Part shown: one piece after another, positions 25,004 through 35,292 of the stretch
Numbering within the stretch: the stretch's first letter is position 1
Layout: each line of letters starts with the position of its first letter
Source of the DNA: Kiritimatiellia bacterium
GTDB lineage: Bacteria; Verrucomicrobiota; Kiritimatiellia; RFP12; UBA1067
Direction of reading: 5' to 3'
Assembly (NCBI GenBank): GCA_045617985.1
Contig: JAZLJP010000052.1
Span: forward strand, 10,327 to 74,326
Length of the DNA: 64,000 nucleotides
Notes under the pieces: model-generated
The model's input: the letters and a program-made list of their open reading frames with translations, nothing else
Told to the model about the DNA's origin: nothing
Database searches by the model: none
Program-made: the position numbers and the translations under genes

Positions 25004-27116
25004 GGATCTCTCCTTTCGCCATCTGTTCTCCGGCGAACGACACCCCCACCGAGACCGAACCGGCCAAAACGACGAGCGCCACCGCCACGATCAAAACGCG
25101 CTTGAGGCCGCAGGGCGGAATGAGGAAGAGCCCCCAGAGGAGCGCCCAGGCAAGCGCCGTCGCCACAAGCCGCGCATCGAGCGGCCAACGAACATGCGGC
25201 GCACAGAACGTGCGCGTAAGCGGCAGATCCGCCCGCGGATCCTTTTTGAGCTGTGCGAGCGCCGCGCGCACGCCCCGCCGCGTCGAGGCCGTTTCCCCGC
25301 CGCGCCGCTCCGCACAGGCGAAGGCCGCAAGGGCCACGCGCGCATCGCCCCCCAAAAGCGCACACGCGCCGAGATTCTGATAGAGAACGGGATTGGCCGC
25401 CCCCGCCGCCAAGCAATCGACATAAGCCGCGGCGGCCGCCTTGAACCCCGCCTCGTCCACGGCCTGCGTCGCCAGCGCCCCGGCCCGCCGATAGGAGAAC
25501 TCGGGCGACGCCCCCCAGGCCCCGCACACGGCAAAGCCCACCATCAACAGGAGCGCCACCACCTTGCGCGCCGCGAAATTCGTGCGATCGAGTTCCGCAA
25601 GCGCCGTCGCCACGGTCTCGATTTCCTCAGGCGTAAAATCGCCCGCCATCAACCGCCGTGCATCCGCCGCCGTCACCGCCGCCCCGTTCACGTCGTAACG
25701 CGTGGCGAAGAAGGTGCGAATCGCCCGCGCCCGCTTCTCCGGATCTCTTTCCTGGAGCGCCAGCCAGCACACGCCATACGCCGCCGCCCGGCGCGTTGCG
25801 CGCCGCTGCGCGGCGAAGCGCCGCCGCACGGGAGGCGCAAGCCGAATGACGGCGAACAGCACCGGCGCCAGCAGAAAGAGCGCAAGCGCCACGCCCGCAT
25901 GCGGCAGAAGCGGCTCCGCCGCCGCCCCGCGCGCGGCAAGGTCAAGCCCGTCCGGCAACGGAAACTCGTCCGTATCGCCCTCCGCCTCGCCAAGGGCGCC
26001 CAAGGCCGCCTGCGCACCCGCCTTCACCTGGATGGGGAACGACGCCGTCTGGCGCGTCACGTAGGCCCGCCGGGCAACGTCGTAATACGCCACGGGCAAG
26101 GACGGAAATTCCACCGTGCCCGCCTTGAGCGGACGCACCCGCCAGGTGAAGCGCCGCGATTCGGCGAGGGTTTCCGTTTTGAGCGCCCCTTCGTCCAAAC
26201 GGAACACGCCCCCCTCTTTGAGCACGTCGGCAAACGCCGGCGCCGTCACGGCCGTCAGATCCGTCGCCCCCGAGATGTCGAGCGTGAGGAGAAGCGGATC
26301 GCCCGCCGTGCACACGTTCACATCGAGCGCCGCCTTCACCACGAGGTTCGAGGCGATCGCGCCGCAATAGCTCTTCGGCCGCCCCGCGAACGGCGGCTCC
26401 ACCACCGTCACCATCCGCGCCCCGGTGGTGAGCCGCGCCTCCTTCAACGTCGGCTGGTAGGTTGCGCGGCCATACCGGTCGCGCACCGTGCGAATGGCCG
26501 TAATCACCGGCACCCGCGCCGTCACCGGGGGGAAGGACATCACGCCCGGCTTCATCGCCCGATACGGCAGCGATTCCGCCGTGAATTCCCAGCCCTTCAC
26601 CCCATGCCGCTCCACGCGCCGCACGGCGAACGGGAATTTCGCCTTCCGGGGCCCGAGCCCGCGCCCGAAGAAGTCGTCGTCGTCGAACAGGCCCGCGAAC
26701 GGGTCACGCCCGCCAAAGGGCGAGCGAAGGCTCGGGAAACCGTCCGTAATGTAGTCGTTGAGCGTAAAGACGGGCGCATTGCGCTCCGCCTCCGTCTCGA
26801 GCGGCGGAATCCGCTTCGGGTCGACCGGCTGGAGGATCTCCACCTTCCATTTCGGGCCCCAGAACGCCGCCTGCAAATCGGGCGGACGCTGGGCCATCAC
26901 GGGCGGCGTTGCGGAAAATTCGTCCTTCAAGGGCGGCATCCAAAGTTTCACCGCCACTTTCATCTCTTCCGTCACCACGAGATTGGTTGCCGAACAGACG
27001 AGCTCCAATTCCGGCTGCACGTTCGGCTCGACCGCGCCAAGGGCGAACGCCCCCATCAGAAGCCCGAGCGCCACGCGCGCGCCCACGGAAAATCCACCTT
27101 CACGGGTTGTTTTCAT
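24990..27116 (-). CDS. BatD-like protein fused to TM and TPR-like (BatE-like) region
   Basis: VTVVEPP..GRPKSYCGAIA; GDPLLLTLDISG; LKAGTVEFPSLPVAYYDV; AAAYVDCL...LYQNLG TPR-like repeat. Confidence 0.7.
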   Translation of the reverse strand: MKTTREGGFSVGARVALGLLMGAFALGAVEPNVQPELELVCSATNLVVTEEMKVAVKLWMPPLKDEFSATPPVMAQRPPDLQAAFWGPKWKVEILQPVDPKRIPPLETEAERNAPVFTLNDYITDGFPSLRSPFGGRDPFAGLFDDDDFFGRGLGPRKAKFPFAVRRVERHGVKGWEFTAESLPYRAMKPGVMSFPPVTARVPVITAIRTVRDRYGRATYQPTLKEARLTTGARMVTVVEPPFAGRPKSYCGAIASNLVVKAALDVNVCTAGDPLLLTLDISGATDLTAVTAPAFADVLKEGGVFRLDEGALKTETLAESRRFTWRVRPLKAGTVEFPSLPVAYYDVARRAYVTRQTASFPIQVKAGAQAALGALGEAEGDTDEFPLPDGLDLAARGAAAEPLLPHAGVALALFLLAPVLFAVIRLAPPVRRRFAAQRRATRRAAAYGVCWLALQERDPEKRARAIRTFFATRYDVNGAAVTAADARRLMAGDFTPEEIETVATALAELDRTNFAARKVVALLLMVGFAVCGAWGASPEFSYRRAGALATQAVDEAGFKAAAAAYVDCLAAGAANPVLYQNLGACALLGGDARVALAAFACAERRGGETASTRRGVRAALAQLKKDPRADLPLTRTFCAPHVRWPLDARLVATALAWALLWGLFLIPPCGLKRVLIVAVALVVLAGSVSVGVSFAGEQMAKGEIHARR

Positions 27117-27130
27117 CTGCGCCAACCACT

Positions 27131-27538
27131 CTATTGAATCACCATCACGGCCACGTTGCGATGCGCGGCGTGCGGCGTTTTATCGCCAATGCCCTTCGGC
27201 AGGGCCGCCGCGTTGGTCACGCTGCCGCCTGCAAAGGAATCGAGTTGTGAAAGCGCCCGCGCCAAACGCACTTCGCGCTGCGCCTGCGCCCGGGTCTCCA
27301 TGATCGTCATCCCCGCGAGTAGCCCCCCCGCAAAACTCACGAGCGCCAAGAGCACGACCGACGACACCACCAAAAACGGATGATGCCGCTTCACTTCCAT
27401 CGCGGCTTCGGCCTCGGCCCGCTGACGCGCCGCCGCCAGGCGCTCGCGTTCGATCGCCAGCGCCTCCCGTTCGAGTTTGAGCCGTTCCTCTCCCAGCAGG
27501 GCCAAACTCGCATCGACTGTACTCTTTTCGGTTTCCAT
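27131..27538 (-). CDS. Small coiled-coil single-TM hypothetical protein
   Basis: 135 aa; ERLKLEREALAIERERL coiled coil then a hydrophobic helix; TGgTACACT promoter-like motif just upstream. Confidence 0.6.
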   Translation of the reverse strand: METEKSTVDASLALLGEERLKLEREALAIERERLAAARQRAEAEAAMEVKRHHPFLVVSSVVLLALVSFAGGLLAGMTIMETRAQAQREVRLARALSQLDSFAGGSVTNAAALPKGIGDKTPHAAHRNVAVMVIQ

Positions 27539-27592
27539 AGGATGCCCCCTAGTGTACCATGGATTCGTTAGGCCTCCATTAGAATCGAACCG

Positions 27593-29803
27593 TCACTTCT
27601 TCGGCGCCTCCGCCGCCGGTTTCGGCACCGGCGGCACGCCGAGGAAACGGAATTCGGCCGAAAGATCCTCCCCCACGAGACGCGAAAGCCGCCGGCACCA
27701 CTGGATGCGCTTTTCGAGATCGGTCTTCGGCCGTTCGTTCGGCGCAAGCGCGCGATATTCGGCGAAGAGCTTTTCAAAAGTCGGCCAGCCGTACTTCTCG
27801 ATGAGCTTCGCGAAGAAGTCGAGCGCCAGGAACGGATCGGCCTTCCATTGGTCGAGCGGGCGGCCCGCCGCGTTCCAGGCCGCCACCCGTTGCGCCAATC
27901 CCGCATTGCCCATCTTCGTTTCCCGAATCGTCTTTCCGCAGATCTTTTCGAAATTGTAGAGCGTGAAGAAGTTCACCGTCACCTCGCCCGTGCCGTTGAA
28001 GGTCCAGTCGGCGTTTTGGTGGTTGTGCCCCATCTCGTGGAAGAAGCCCCACACGTCATCCTGTTCGCCCGCGCGGATGACCCGCTCGCTCAGCAAATGG
28101 CGCAGCGCGCTCGTGGGCACCATGATCGGATAGCCCGCATGCATGTAGCCCGCGCAGAGCTGCACGTCGCCGACGATCCGCTCGGGGTAACGGCGCTTCA
28201 GGGGCCGCCCCGTGAGGCGCGCATCGTTATCGATGATTTCGCGCCACACCGCAAGGAGCGGCGCCGGGTCGGCCAGGTTCTGCACGTACTTCGTGGGCAC
28301 CGAGATGACCACGTGGTCGCTCTCAAGCTCCACGAACGGCGCGCGCGACCGCCTGAGCGCGGCCACCCACGTTTCAGGCGTATCGCGCCCTTCCACGTAC
28401 GTGGCCGCCGCACACGCCGGCCCCACCTTCACCGTCGTCGTGCCGCTCGCGCCCTTCGGCACGACAAGGTAGATGAGCCCGCCGAACGGCGAGGAAAAGG
28501 TCGTCTTCGCCTTCGTGAGCGGCAGCTCCACGTCGACGACCGGCGCACGGAGCCATTTCGCGTGCGCCGTCACCCGGCAGGTGGTCGATCCCACGCGCAC
28601 GCGCAGCCCCAGCTTTTCCGCCCCCTCGGGAAGTTCGATCGTGAGCGGTTCGCCCGCCACGGCGAAGAGGCCCGTACCATGCCACCGCGGCACGGCAAGA
28701 TCCACGGCCACCTCGCGCGTCTCCCGCTCGGTTCCCTTCGCCGGCACGCCCGGATACACCGTTGCCGCCGGGCTCGCCGGCCACACGCGCTCCGGCGCCG
28801 CCAGCCACTCGTTCTGAAAGAGCTGATACCCGAGGCGCAACGCCACGCGGCTCGTTCCGAGCGGATGCTCCGGCGCCGGCAGGAATCCGTTCTTCGCCGG
28901 GGCTTTGACGAGCGCCTGAAGGCGCGGGAAATACCGCGTATCGTCGAGGGCCAGCACGTCCGCAAGTTGCCCGAGCGTGAAGAGGCAGCGCGCCCCAAGA
29001 GCCTGCGGCAGGGGCCGACCGGTCGAGACGAGGTCCAAGGCGTCCTCGGCCGTCACGCCCGGCAGGTCAAACGCCTGCGTCACCGAATAGGTGCCATCGC
29101 GTTCCCGATCCACGATCACATTGGAGGTGTAGAGCCCCCAGGCCCCGAACACCGTGTTGAACGGGCTCTCCGTGCGGAACGACTTCCCGCCGCTCACCTG
29201 GTGCCACCCCCAGCCCACCACCGGCGCGAGCGCCGCGCCGCCCTTTTCAAGGAACGCCTTCAGCTTCGCCGCCGCCGCAAGCGGATGGCCGTCGGGCGAA
29301 GTGACCACCACCGCCTTCTCGGGGAATGCCGCGAGGGCGTCATAGGAATCGAACGGCACGATCTGGAAGTCCTTCACGTCCTTCATCGCCTGCATGATCG
29401 CCGGGCGCATTCCCGCCGCGCGCGTATCGAGATAGACCGTGCGCGGATGCCGCCCGCCCCCGAGCCACACGAGGCAGGCGCGCAGGAACGTGGCGTTCTC
29501 GGGCCGATGCGCCGTACCCGCCGAGAAGAAACTCTGATGCGTCACCGCCACCGCCCGGCCGCGGCCCGTCGAGGTCGCGGCCGCCACTGGCGCCTTCACG
29601 CCGCTCACGCGGCCGAACGCGAGCGGCACGGCCGCCTCGCCCGCCACGATCACGCTCCCCGGGCACGCCCCGTCTTCGACCGTGAGCGACTTCACCTGCT
29701 GCGCCACCGCCGCGCGCAGCTCGTCGGCATCGCGCGCAAGAACGCCAAGCGCCCCCAGCGCCGCGAACGCCACCACCATCGACTTGTAGAGATTCGTCTT
29801 CAT
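27593..29803 (-). CDS. Secreted M60-like (enhancin-family) metallopeptidase with TCAF/FAM115-like architecture
   Basis: WHGTGLFAVAGE, SPFGGLIYL, QLCAGYMHAGYPI, WGFFHEMGHNHQ (HExxH) and GEVTVN; start at MKTNLYK after a GAGGAG/AAGG RBS. Confidence 0.88.
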   Translation of the reverse strand: MKTNLYKSMVVAFAALGALGVLARDADELRAAVAQQVKSLTVEDGACPGSVIVAGEAAVPLAFGRVSGVKAPVAAATSTGRGRAVAVTHQSFFSAGTAHRPENATFLRACLVWLGGGRHPRTVYLDTRAAGMRPAIMQAMKDVKDFQIVPFDSYDALAAFPEKAVVVTSPDGHPLAAAAKLKAFLEKGGAALAPVVGWGWHQVSGGKSFRTESPFNTVFGAWGLYTSNVIVDRERDGTYSVTQAFDLPGVTAEDALDLVSTGRPLPQALGARCLFTLGQLADVLALDDTRYFPRLQALVKAPAKNGFLPAPEHPLGTSRVALRLGYQLFQNEWLAAPERVWPASPAATVYPGVPAKGTERETREVAVDLAVPRWHGTGLFAVAGEPLTIELPEGAEKLGLRVRVGSTTCRVTAHAKWLRAPVVDVELPLTKAKTTFSSPFGGLIYLVVPKGASGTTTVKVGPACAAATYVEGRDTPETWVAALRRSRAPFVELESDHVVISVPTKYVQNLADPAPLLAVWREIIDNDARLTGRPLKRRYPERIVGDVQLCAGYMHAGYPIMVPTSALRHLLSERVIRAGEQDDVWGFFHEMGHNHQNADWTFNGTGEVTVNFFTLYNFEKICGKTIRETKMGNAGLAQRVAAWNAAGRPLDQWKADPFLALDFFAKLIEKYGWPTFEKLFAEYRALAPNERPKTDLEKRIQWCRRLSRLVGEDLSAEFRFLGVPPVPKPAAEAPKK

Positions 29804-29816
29804 CCTTTCCGTCTCC

Positions 29817-31688
29817 TCACTTTTGAACCAACTCGCCGCCGCGGAAATAGACCGGTGCATCGCTCACCTCCACGCACCACGCCTCGCCGGCGCGTTCCGC
29901 GCGCACCCGCGCGCCGAGATGATCCATGAATTCCATCTCGCGTCCCGTAAACCGGAGCGGACGCATCCCGCACTTTTTCGAAGTCGTCCAAATGAGCCCG
30001 CCCACGCGCCCATTCGGCTCCCTCCACTGCGGGAAGTAGGTCTTTCCGTCCGCGCTCTTCCACGGTCTTTCCAGCTGCACGCTCCCCGCCGGCCGACGCT
30101 CGATGAATGTCATGTACGCGCCGTAGGCCGGCTTCGGTGCGAAGTTCGCATGGAGCATTCCGAAATAGGATTCGGGATCGTACGGATCGCGGTCCACCTG
30201 CGTGGTCTCATACCAGAAGAACGCCTCCACCCCTTCGGCGAAGGCGAGCGCGAGCGAACGCGTCATCATCTTCGCCTGGCGCGCCTCGTCGCTCGTGCCG
30301 CGCATGTGGTTGAAGAGGCCGCTCACCGCCACCGCGCCCGTGTAGTCGCTGTTGAACTTGTACACGCCCGCACACACGGCCGTCACGTCTTTCGCCTGCC
30401 CCGCGAGAAGCGGAATGAAACGGTCGCCCGGCTTGAGGTGCGCCGCCGTGAAGAAACGCTCGCCGCGCAACGTCTTCGCCGGGAGATTCGCCGCGACAGG
30501 CCGCACGTCGAGCGCTTCGGGATAGCGCTTGTCGATCCACCAGGCCGTTTCGGCAATCCGGAACGCCTTGCGATCAGCCCACGCCTGATGCTTGGGCGCC
30601 GGCGCGAGAAAGCCTTCGTCATCCTGCTTGAAGGCGTTCCAAAGCGGCATGCCGCCGAAATCCACCAGTACGCCGCCGCGCTTCACAAAGGCGAGCACGT
30701 CGCCCACCGTATCGGCGGGATAGGCTTCCGAGAACGGATAGACGACGGCATCCACGTCGCCGCGCGCGAGGCGGGCGGCCAGGGTCTTGGCCCGGCAGAA
30801 CTCCACCGTCGAACCCGGCGGCAGCATTTTCAGAAGGTGGTCGCCCGTCATCGGATCGTTTTCCTGCGCGGGCAGGTAGAGGGTGCGCCACGCCGTCTTC
30901 GCCGGGTCGCAGGCGGCGAGGGCCGCGCGCAGAAGCGGCGCGTCGCCATCCAGCTTCACCTGATGGGTGGGCCAGCCCACTTCCGTAATCCAGATCGGCT
31001 TTTTCGCATCGCCATACTTCGCCATGATCGCGCGCAGTTTCTCGATGCTCTGATCCAAATTGCCTTCCGGCGCGTACGGATGGGAATAGGGATGCACGCT
31101 GAGGATGTCGAAATACTTGGCCCCGCCGAGCTTGTAGACCCCCTCGATATAGTCGAGCGGCACGCCCGCCGTACCGCCGAACGACACGCGAATGGACGGC
31201 GCCTCTTCCTTCACGACCTCATACGTGCGCTTCAAAAGCGCGAGATAGTTCGTGGGATTCGGCCCCTTCCAGAAGTGCTTGATATTCTCTTCGTTCCACA
31301 CTTCAACAACGGGCAGGCGCCTGCCGTAGCGCCGCACCACGCGCCGCACGTACTCGCCCCACTTGTCGAGATGCGCATCCGCGGGATCCGCCCACGGCAC
31401 CCGGTAGCCGAGAATCGGCAAGAGCTGCACGCCATGCCGCGCACACCCTTCGAGCACGCGGTCCATCGCCGAGAAATCCCATTCGCCCGGCTTGCGTTCG
31501 ATCGCCGCCCAGTCGAAATCGCTCCGCACCCATCCGATGCCCGCCACTTCGAGCATCGCACAGGTGCGCCCCGCCGGTTCCCCGCGCGTCACATGCGCAC
31601 AGGCGCCATAGGGATTCAGCGCGGCGCCTGCGGTTAAAAAGAAACCGCCGACGCCCGCCAAAACAAAAACTCGCATCGCCTTTTTCAT
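29817..31688 (-). CDS. Secreted clan GH-A glycoside hydrolase (GH5/GH39-like) with an inserted domain
   Basis: GIGWVRSDFDW..IE; EVWNEEN (acid/base); LSVHPY; PIWITEVGWPT (nucleophile); FFWYE; FGML...PKPAY. Confidence 0.8.
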   Translation of the reverse strand: MKKAMRVFVLAGVGGFFLTAGAALNPYGACAHVTRGEPAGRTCAMLEVAGIGWVRSDFDWAAIERKPGEWDFSAMDRVLEGCARHGVQLLPILGYRVPWADPADAHLDKWGEYVRRVVRRYGRRLPVVEVWNEENIKHFWKGPNPTNYLALLKRTYEVVKEEAPSIRVSFGGTAGVPLDYIEGVYKLGGAKYFDILSVHPYSHPYAPEGNLDQSIEKLRAIMAKYGDAKKPIWITEVGWPTHQVKLDGDAPLLRAALAACDPAKTAWRTLYLPAQENDPMTGDHLLKMLPPGSTVEFCRAKTLAARLARGDVDAVVYPFSEAYPADTVGDVLAFVKRGGVLVDFGGMPLWNAFKQDDEGFLAPAPKHQAWADRKAFRIAETAWWIDKRYPEALDVRPVAANLPAKTLRGERFFTAAHLKPGDRFIPLLAGQAKDVTAVCAGVYKFNSDYTGAVAVSGLFNHMRGTSDEARQAKMMTRSLALAFAEGVEAFFWYETTQVDRDPYDPESYFGMLHANFAPKPAYGAYMTFIERRPAGSVQLERPWKSADGKTYFPQWREPNGRVGGLIWTTSKKCGMRPLRFTGREMEFMDHLGARVRAERAGEAWCVEVSDAPVYFRGGELVQK

Positions 31689-31740
31689 GATACCGCCATG
31701 AGAACAAAAATACGCTCTGTCTCTAGACTTGCCGCGTCCC

Positions 31741-33138
31741 TCACCATCCCGCGAGGCGCTTTTGGTGGAGCATGGCGTTCGCGGCGGAGCTATTCGCGAA
31801 GCAGCGTTTGGCGGCGTCCCAGCGGAGCGTCTTCCCCGCGTCGAAGAGCGCGGCGACGCCCGTGAGCGAGCACTGCGTCATCGCACCCGCGTAGGCGAAG
31901 TCGCTTCCCACTTTCGGGCCACCCTTGACGGCGGCGAGGAATTCCGAATAGGGGTCGCCGCCCGGCACGCGCGCGTACTTTCTGGGCGGGCACCCGTTCT
32001 CGGAGCGCAGCTTCGCGAGCGTCACATCGGGGAGCATGCGCAGATAGTTCGCGCCATGGTGGCCGTATTCGATGACGCCGCGCGTTCCATACACGAACGC
32101 GCCGTTGCACATGTGGTCGCGGCGCTTGCGCGCCTCCTCCGAATTGTACGGCGGATAGAATTTCATGTCGTCCTTGTACCCGGGGGGCACCGGTACCGTT
32201 CGGCAGGCGATGCCGTCGTACCACACGAGCTTGAACGGCTTTCCCGCGCGCGTCGTATACTCGAACGTCGTCTTCACGCCCTTCGGGAACGTCGCGCCAT
32301 GCCGCGCGGGATCCCAGGTGCCGAAGACTTCGGCCTTGACCGTATTCGGAAGAGCGAGCCCGAGCGTCCAGAAAAGCGGATCCATCAAGTGGCAGCTCCA
32401 GTCGCCGAGCGTGTTCGTGCCGAAGGCGGTCCAGAAGCGCCACGCGCCCGGCAGGTACTTCGGGAAGTAGGGGCGATGCGGCACGGGGCCCTGCCATTGT
32501 TCCCAGTCGAGCGTCTCGGGAATCGGCCACGGCTTTTTCATCTCGTCAAGATGGTCCATGAAGGAATACACCGCAGGGCACCAGATGTGCGCCTCCGTCA
32601 CCTCGCCGATGAGCCCCGCTTCCACCCATTCGCGGAAGTCGCGGATCGTATCGTAGGCATGGCCCTGGTTCATCGCCTGGGTGACGAGATTCGGGTGTGC
32701 CTTCGCCGCGGCAAGCATGGCGTCCATTTCATGGAAACTCTGCGCGAGCGGCTTCTCGCATTCAACGTGCTTGCCGCGCCGCAGGCACTCGAGCGCCATC
32801 GTCGCATGCCAATGATCCGGCACGCCGATCATCACCGCGTCGATCGACTTGTCGAGCTTGTCGAGCATCTCGCGGTAGTGCGTGAAGAACGGCAACTTCT
32901 CGTGCTTCTTGCGCTCGCGCGCGCTGTGTTTCGCGTCGACGTCGCAAAGCGCCACAAAGCGCCCGCCCGCGTGCTCGAGCCCGCCGATATCGCTCGCGGC
33001 GCGGCCGCCCGCGCCGATCGCCGCCAGGCACACCTGCTCGCTCGGGGGCGTTTTACCGCTCCCGGCAATAAGCGCGCGCGGCAGGATGGTAAAGAGCCCC
33101 GCCCCGCCGGCGGCCTTGACAAAATCTCTCCGTTTCAT
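31741..33138 (-). CDS. Tat-exported Gfo/Idh/MocA-family oxidoreductase
   Basis: MKRRDFVKAAGG signal; AAIGAGGRA; VPDHWHA; HVECEKPL; LGDWSCHLMD. The ORF-track 5' extension overlaps the upstream gene and was rejected. Confidence 0.88.
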   Translation of the reverse strand: MKRRDFVKAAGGAGLFTILPRALIAGSGKTPPSEQVCLAAIGAGGRAASDIGGLEHAGGRFVALCDVDAKHSARERKKHEKLPFFTHYREMLDKLDKSIDAVMIGVPDHWHATMALECLRRGKHVECEKPLAQSFHEMDAMLAAAKAHPNLVTQAMNQGHAYDTIRDFREWVEAGLIGEVTEAHIWCPAVYSFMDHLDEMKKPWPIPETLDWEQWQGPVPHRPYFPKYLPGAWRFWTAFGTNTLGDWSCHLMDPLFWTLGLALPNTVKAEVFGTWDPARHGATFPKGVKTTFEYTTRAGKPFKLVWYDGIACRTVPVPPGYKDDMKFYPPYNSEEARKRRDHMCNGAFVYGTRGVIEYGHHGANYLRMLPDVTLAKLRSENGCPPRKYARVPGGDPYSEFLAAVKGGPKVGSDFAYAGAMTQCSLTGVAALFDAGKTLRWDAAKRCFANSSAANAMLHQKRLAGW

Positions 33139-33155
33139 TTTCCATTCCCTCCTTT

Positions 33156-35273
33156 TTAAGGCAACTTCGCTCCGGCCGTGGCGTAATCCCAGGCCTTGAA
33201 ACCCATCTTGAACGCCGGCGATTCCGGCTTCAGGCGAAAATCGTTCGCCGCGGCGTTCACGAAGAGCGGGTCTGCATAGACGCCGTTCACTTCGTGCCCC
33301 GTTGCGCACCATTGCGCCCAATCGAGATTGTGCGCGAATTTCGGCTTTGCCGAAACGTCGAACCACACGTTGTTCGCCCACACGCCCCCCACGTTCAGGA
33401 TGTCCCAGCTCGCAAGCGGACCCTCCCGCACGAGCACGATGTTGTTGTGGAAATGGAACGAACACGGCACGTTCTGCACTTCCGCGCGCGCGGTGCGCAC
33501 CGCCCCCACCATCCGGTTCCAGGCGAAGATGTTGTTCCGAATCACGCAGCCCGTGCCGTAGTGCTGGTGGAAACCGCCGTCCGTCGTGTTCCAGCAGAGG
33601 TTGCGCTCCATCACAAGGCCCTCGCTCCCCTCGTCCGTATAGAGCGCCCAGCCGCCGTAGGAGAACGAGGCCACGTCGTGGATCACGTTGTCGTGCACCC
33701 ATGTGCCGTAGCTTGTTCCAAGCGTGTAGACGCCGCCCATGTCGCTCATCATCCCCTTCCCAAGACGCGCGATGCGGTTGAAGGCGACTTCGTTGCGCTG
33801 CGCGACGGATCCCGCAAACCCCCAGGTCCAGCCCACGGAAACGCCCGTGTAGTAGATGTCCATGATATCGCAGCAGACCACCTTGCAATCCGCCGCATGC
33901 GTGATCGCAACGCCCGTTCCCTCGGGATTCACGAGCCCCGCCGCACGGATGACGCAGTTCGAGATGAGGTTGTGGTGGTTCGCCTCGGGGGCGACCTCCT
34001 GCGCGTGATAGACGCGGCGCGCAAGCTTCGCGCCCGTGTTCGGCGGCGGATAGCCGCGCTTCGCGCCCAGCCACACGCCGCCCGCACCGAGGTCTTCGAG
34101 CCGCGAATCGACGATGCGGTTGAACGCGCAGCCGTCGCCGAGGCGGAACGCGTAATTCGCGGTCTGCCGCACGGCGCAGCGGCACCAGGAAATGCGCTGC
34201 GCGCCCGTGGCCATCACGGCGGCGTCGGCCGACTGCGCGGCCTGGAACTGCCACGATTCCGTGGGGCCCTCCGCGGGCGGCGTCCATGTACCGCCCGTCG
34301 CGCCCGCTACGACGTCCGTCAGGCGCGTCTTCGTTGCCGTGCAGGCGAAGGTGAGGCCGGAGAACGCGATGTCATGCACGTAAGCCCCCTTCGCGGGCTC
34401 GCCCGCGAAAACGACGAGCTGCGAAAGGCCCGCCGTGGGCGCGAGCACGACGGCCCGCGTCATGTCCTCGCCCGCGAGCGGACGATACAGTACCTTCCCC
34501 GCCTTCGCATCGTAGAACCATTCGCCCGGCGCGTCGAAGGCGCTGCGCACGTTCTCGAACCAGACGAGCGTGCCCGACTTCCCCCACGGCGCATACCCCG
34601 GCCACGCACACGGCGCGTACGTCGTCACGCGGCGCGTCGCCGCGTCGAACGCGCGCAGGATGCGGCGCGCGAAGGTCCACTTGCACACGAAACACGCCTG
34701 TGCGTACCGAAGATCCTCCGCCGGCACCTGGGCGAGCTTCTCCGCAAACGGAGCCCCGAGGGTGAACGACTCGACGAACGCGTTGCGCGCGCCGCCCGGC
34801 GCCGGTACGCACGTGGGCTCGCACACCTCGGTCCAGCCCGTATCCGGCAGGCGCGCGCGCGATGCCCGCCGCCCGTTCACCCACAGCTGTTCGAAGAACG
34901 CGGGGCGGCCTGCGGCATCCTTCGGCAAAGGCGCGCTCCACACGCCCGGGCCCTCTTGCGTCCAGCCGGCAATCGGCGCGCCGCCGGCAAAAACGCTCTT
35001 GCCCTCTTCGCCGATCCAGGTGACGGGCGCTGCGGGCGTACCCGAATCCGCCGGCGTGAAGACGAGCGCCTTCTGAAGCGCGTAGATGCCCGCTTTCACG
35101 CGCACCGTCCACGCGCCCGTGTCGCCCGCGGCCTTCGCCGCGCGGATCTTTCGGAGCGCCCCTTCCGGCGTCTCGCCGCCCGGCGCCACCACGAGTTCGT
35201 GCGGCACGGCCCCGGCGGCCCACCCGCCGAGACACGCGGCCACGGCCCACAACAGCATGCGTTTCGTCTTCAT
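33156..35273 (-). CDS. Secreted right-handed parallel beta-helix protein
   Basis: FEQLWVNGRRASRARLP; ENVRSAFDAPGEWFYD; YYTGVSVGWTWG; SDMGGVYTLG; LYTDEGS; FHQHYG. Confidence 0.85.
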   Translation of the reverse strand: MKTKRMLLWAVAACLGGWAAGAVPHELVVAPGGETPEGALRKIRAAKAAGDTGAWTVRVKAGIYALQKALVFTPADSGTPAAPVTWIGEEGKSVFAGGAPIAGWTQEGPGVWSAPLPKDAAGRPAFFEQLWVNGRRASRARLPDTGWTEVCEPTCVPAPGGARNAFVESFTLGAPFAEKLAQVPAEDLRYAQACFVCKWTFARRILRAFDAATRRVTTYAPCAWPGYAPWGKSGTLVWFENVRSAFDAPGEWFYDAKAGKVLYRPLAGEDMTRAVVLAPTAGLSQLVVFAGEPAKGAYVHDIAFSGLTFACTATKTRLTDVVAGATGGTWTPPAEGPTESWQFQAAQSADAAVMATGAQRISWCRCAVRQTANYAFRLGDGCAFNRIVDSRLEDLGAGGVWLGAKRGYPPPNTGAKLARRVYHAQEVAPEANHHNLISNCVIRAAGLVNPEGTGVAITHAADCKVVCCDIMDIYYTGVSVGWTWGFAGSVAQRNEVAFNRIARLGKGMMSDMGGVYTLGTSYGTWVHDNVIHDVASFSYGGWALYTDEGSEGLVMERNLCWNTTDGGFHQHYGTGCVIRNNIFAWNRMVGAVRTARAEVQNVPCSFHFHNNIVLVREGPLASWDILNVGGVWANNVWFDVSAKPKFAHNLDWAQWCATGHEVNGVYADPLFVNAAANDFRLKPESPAFKMGFKAWDYATAGAKLP

Positions 35274-35292
35274 CTTGTTTCCGCTTTCTCGT

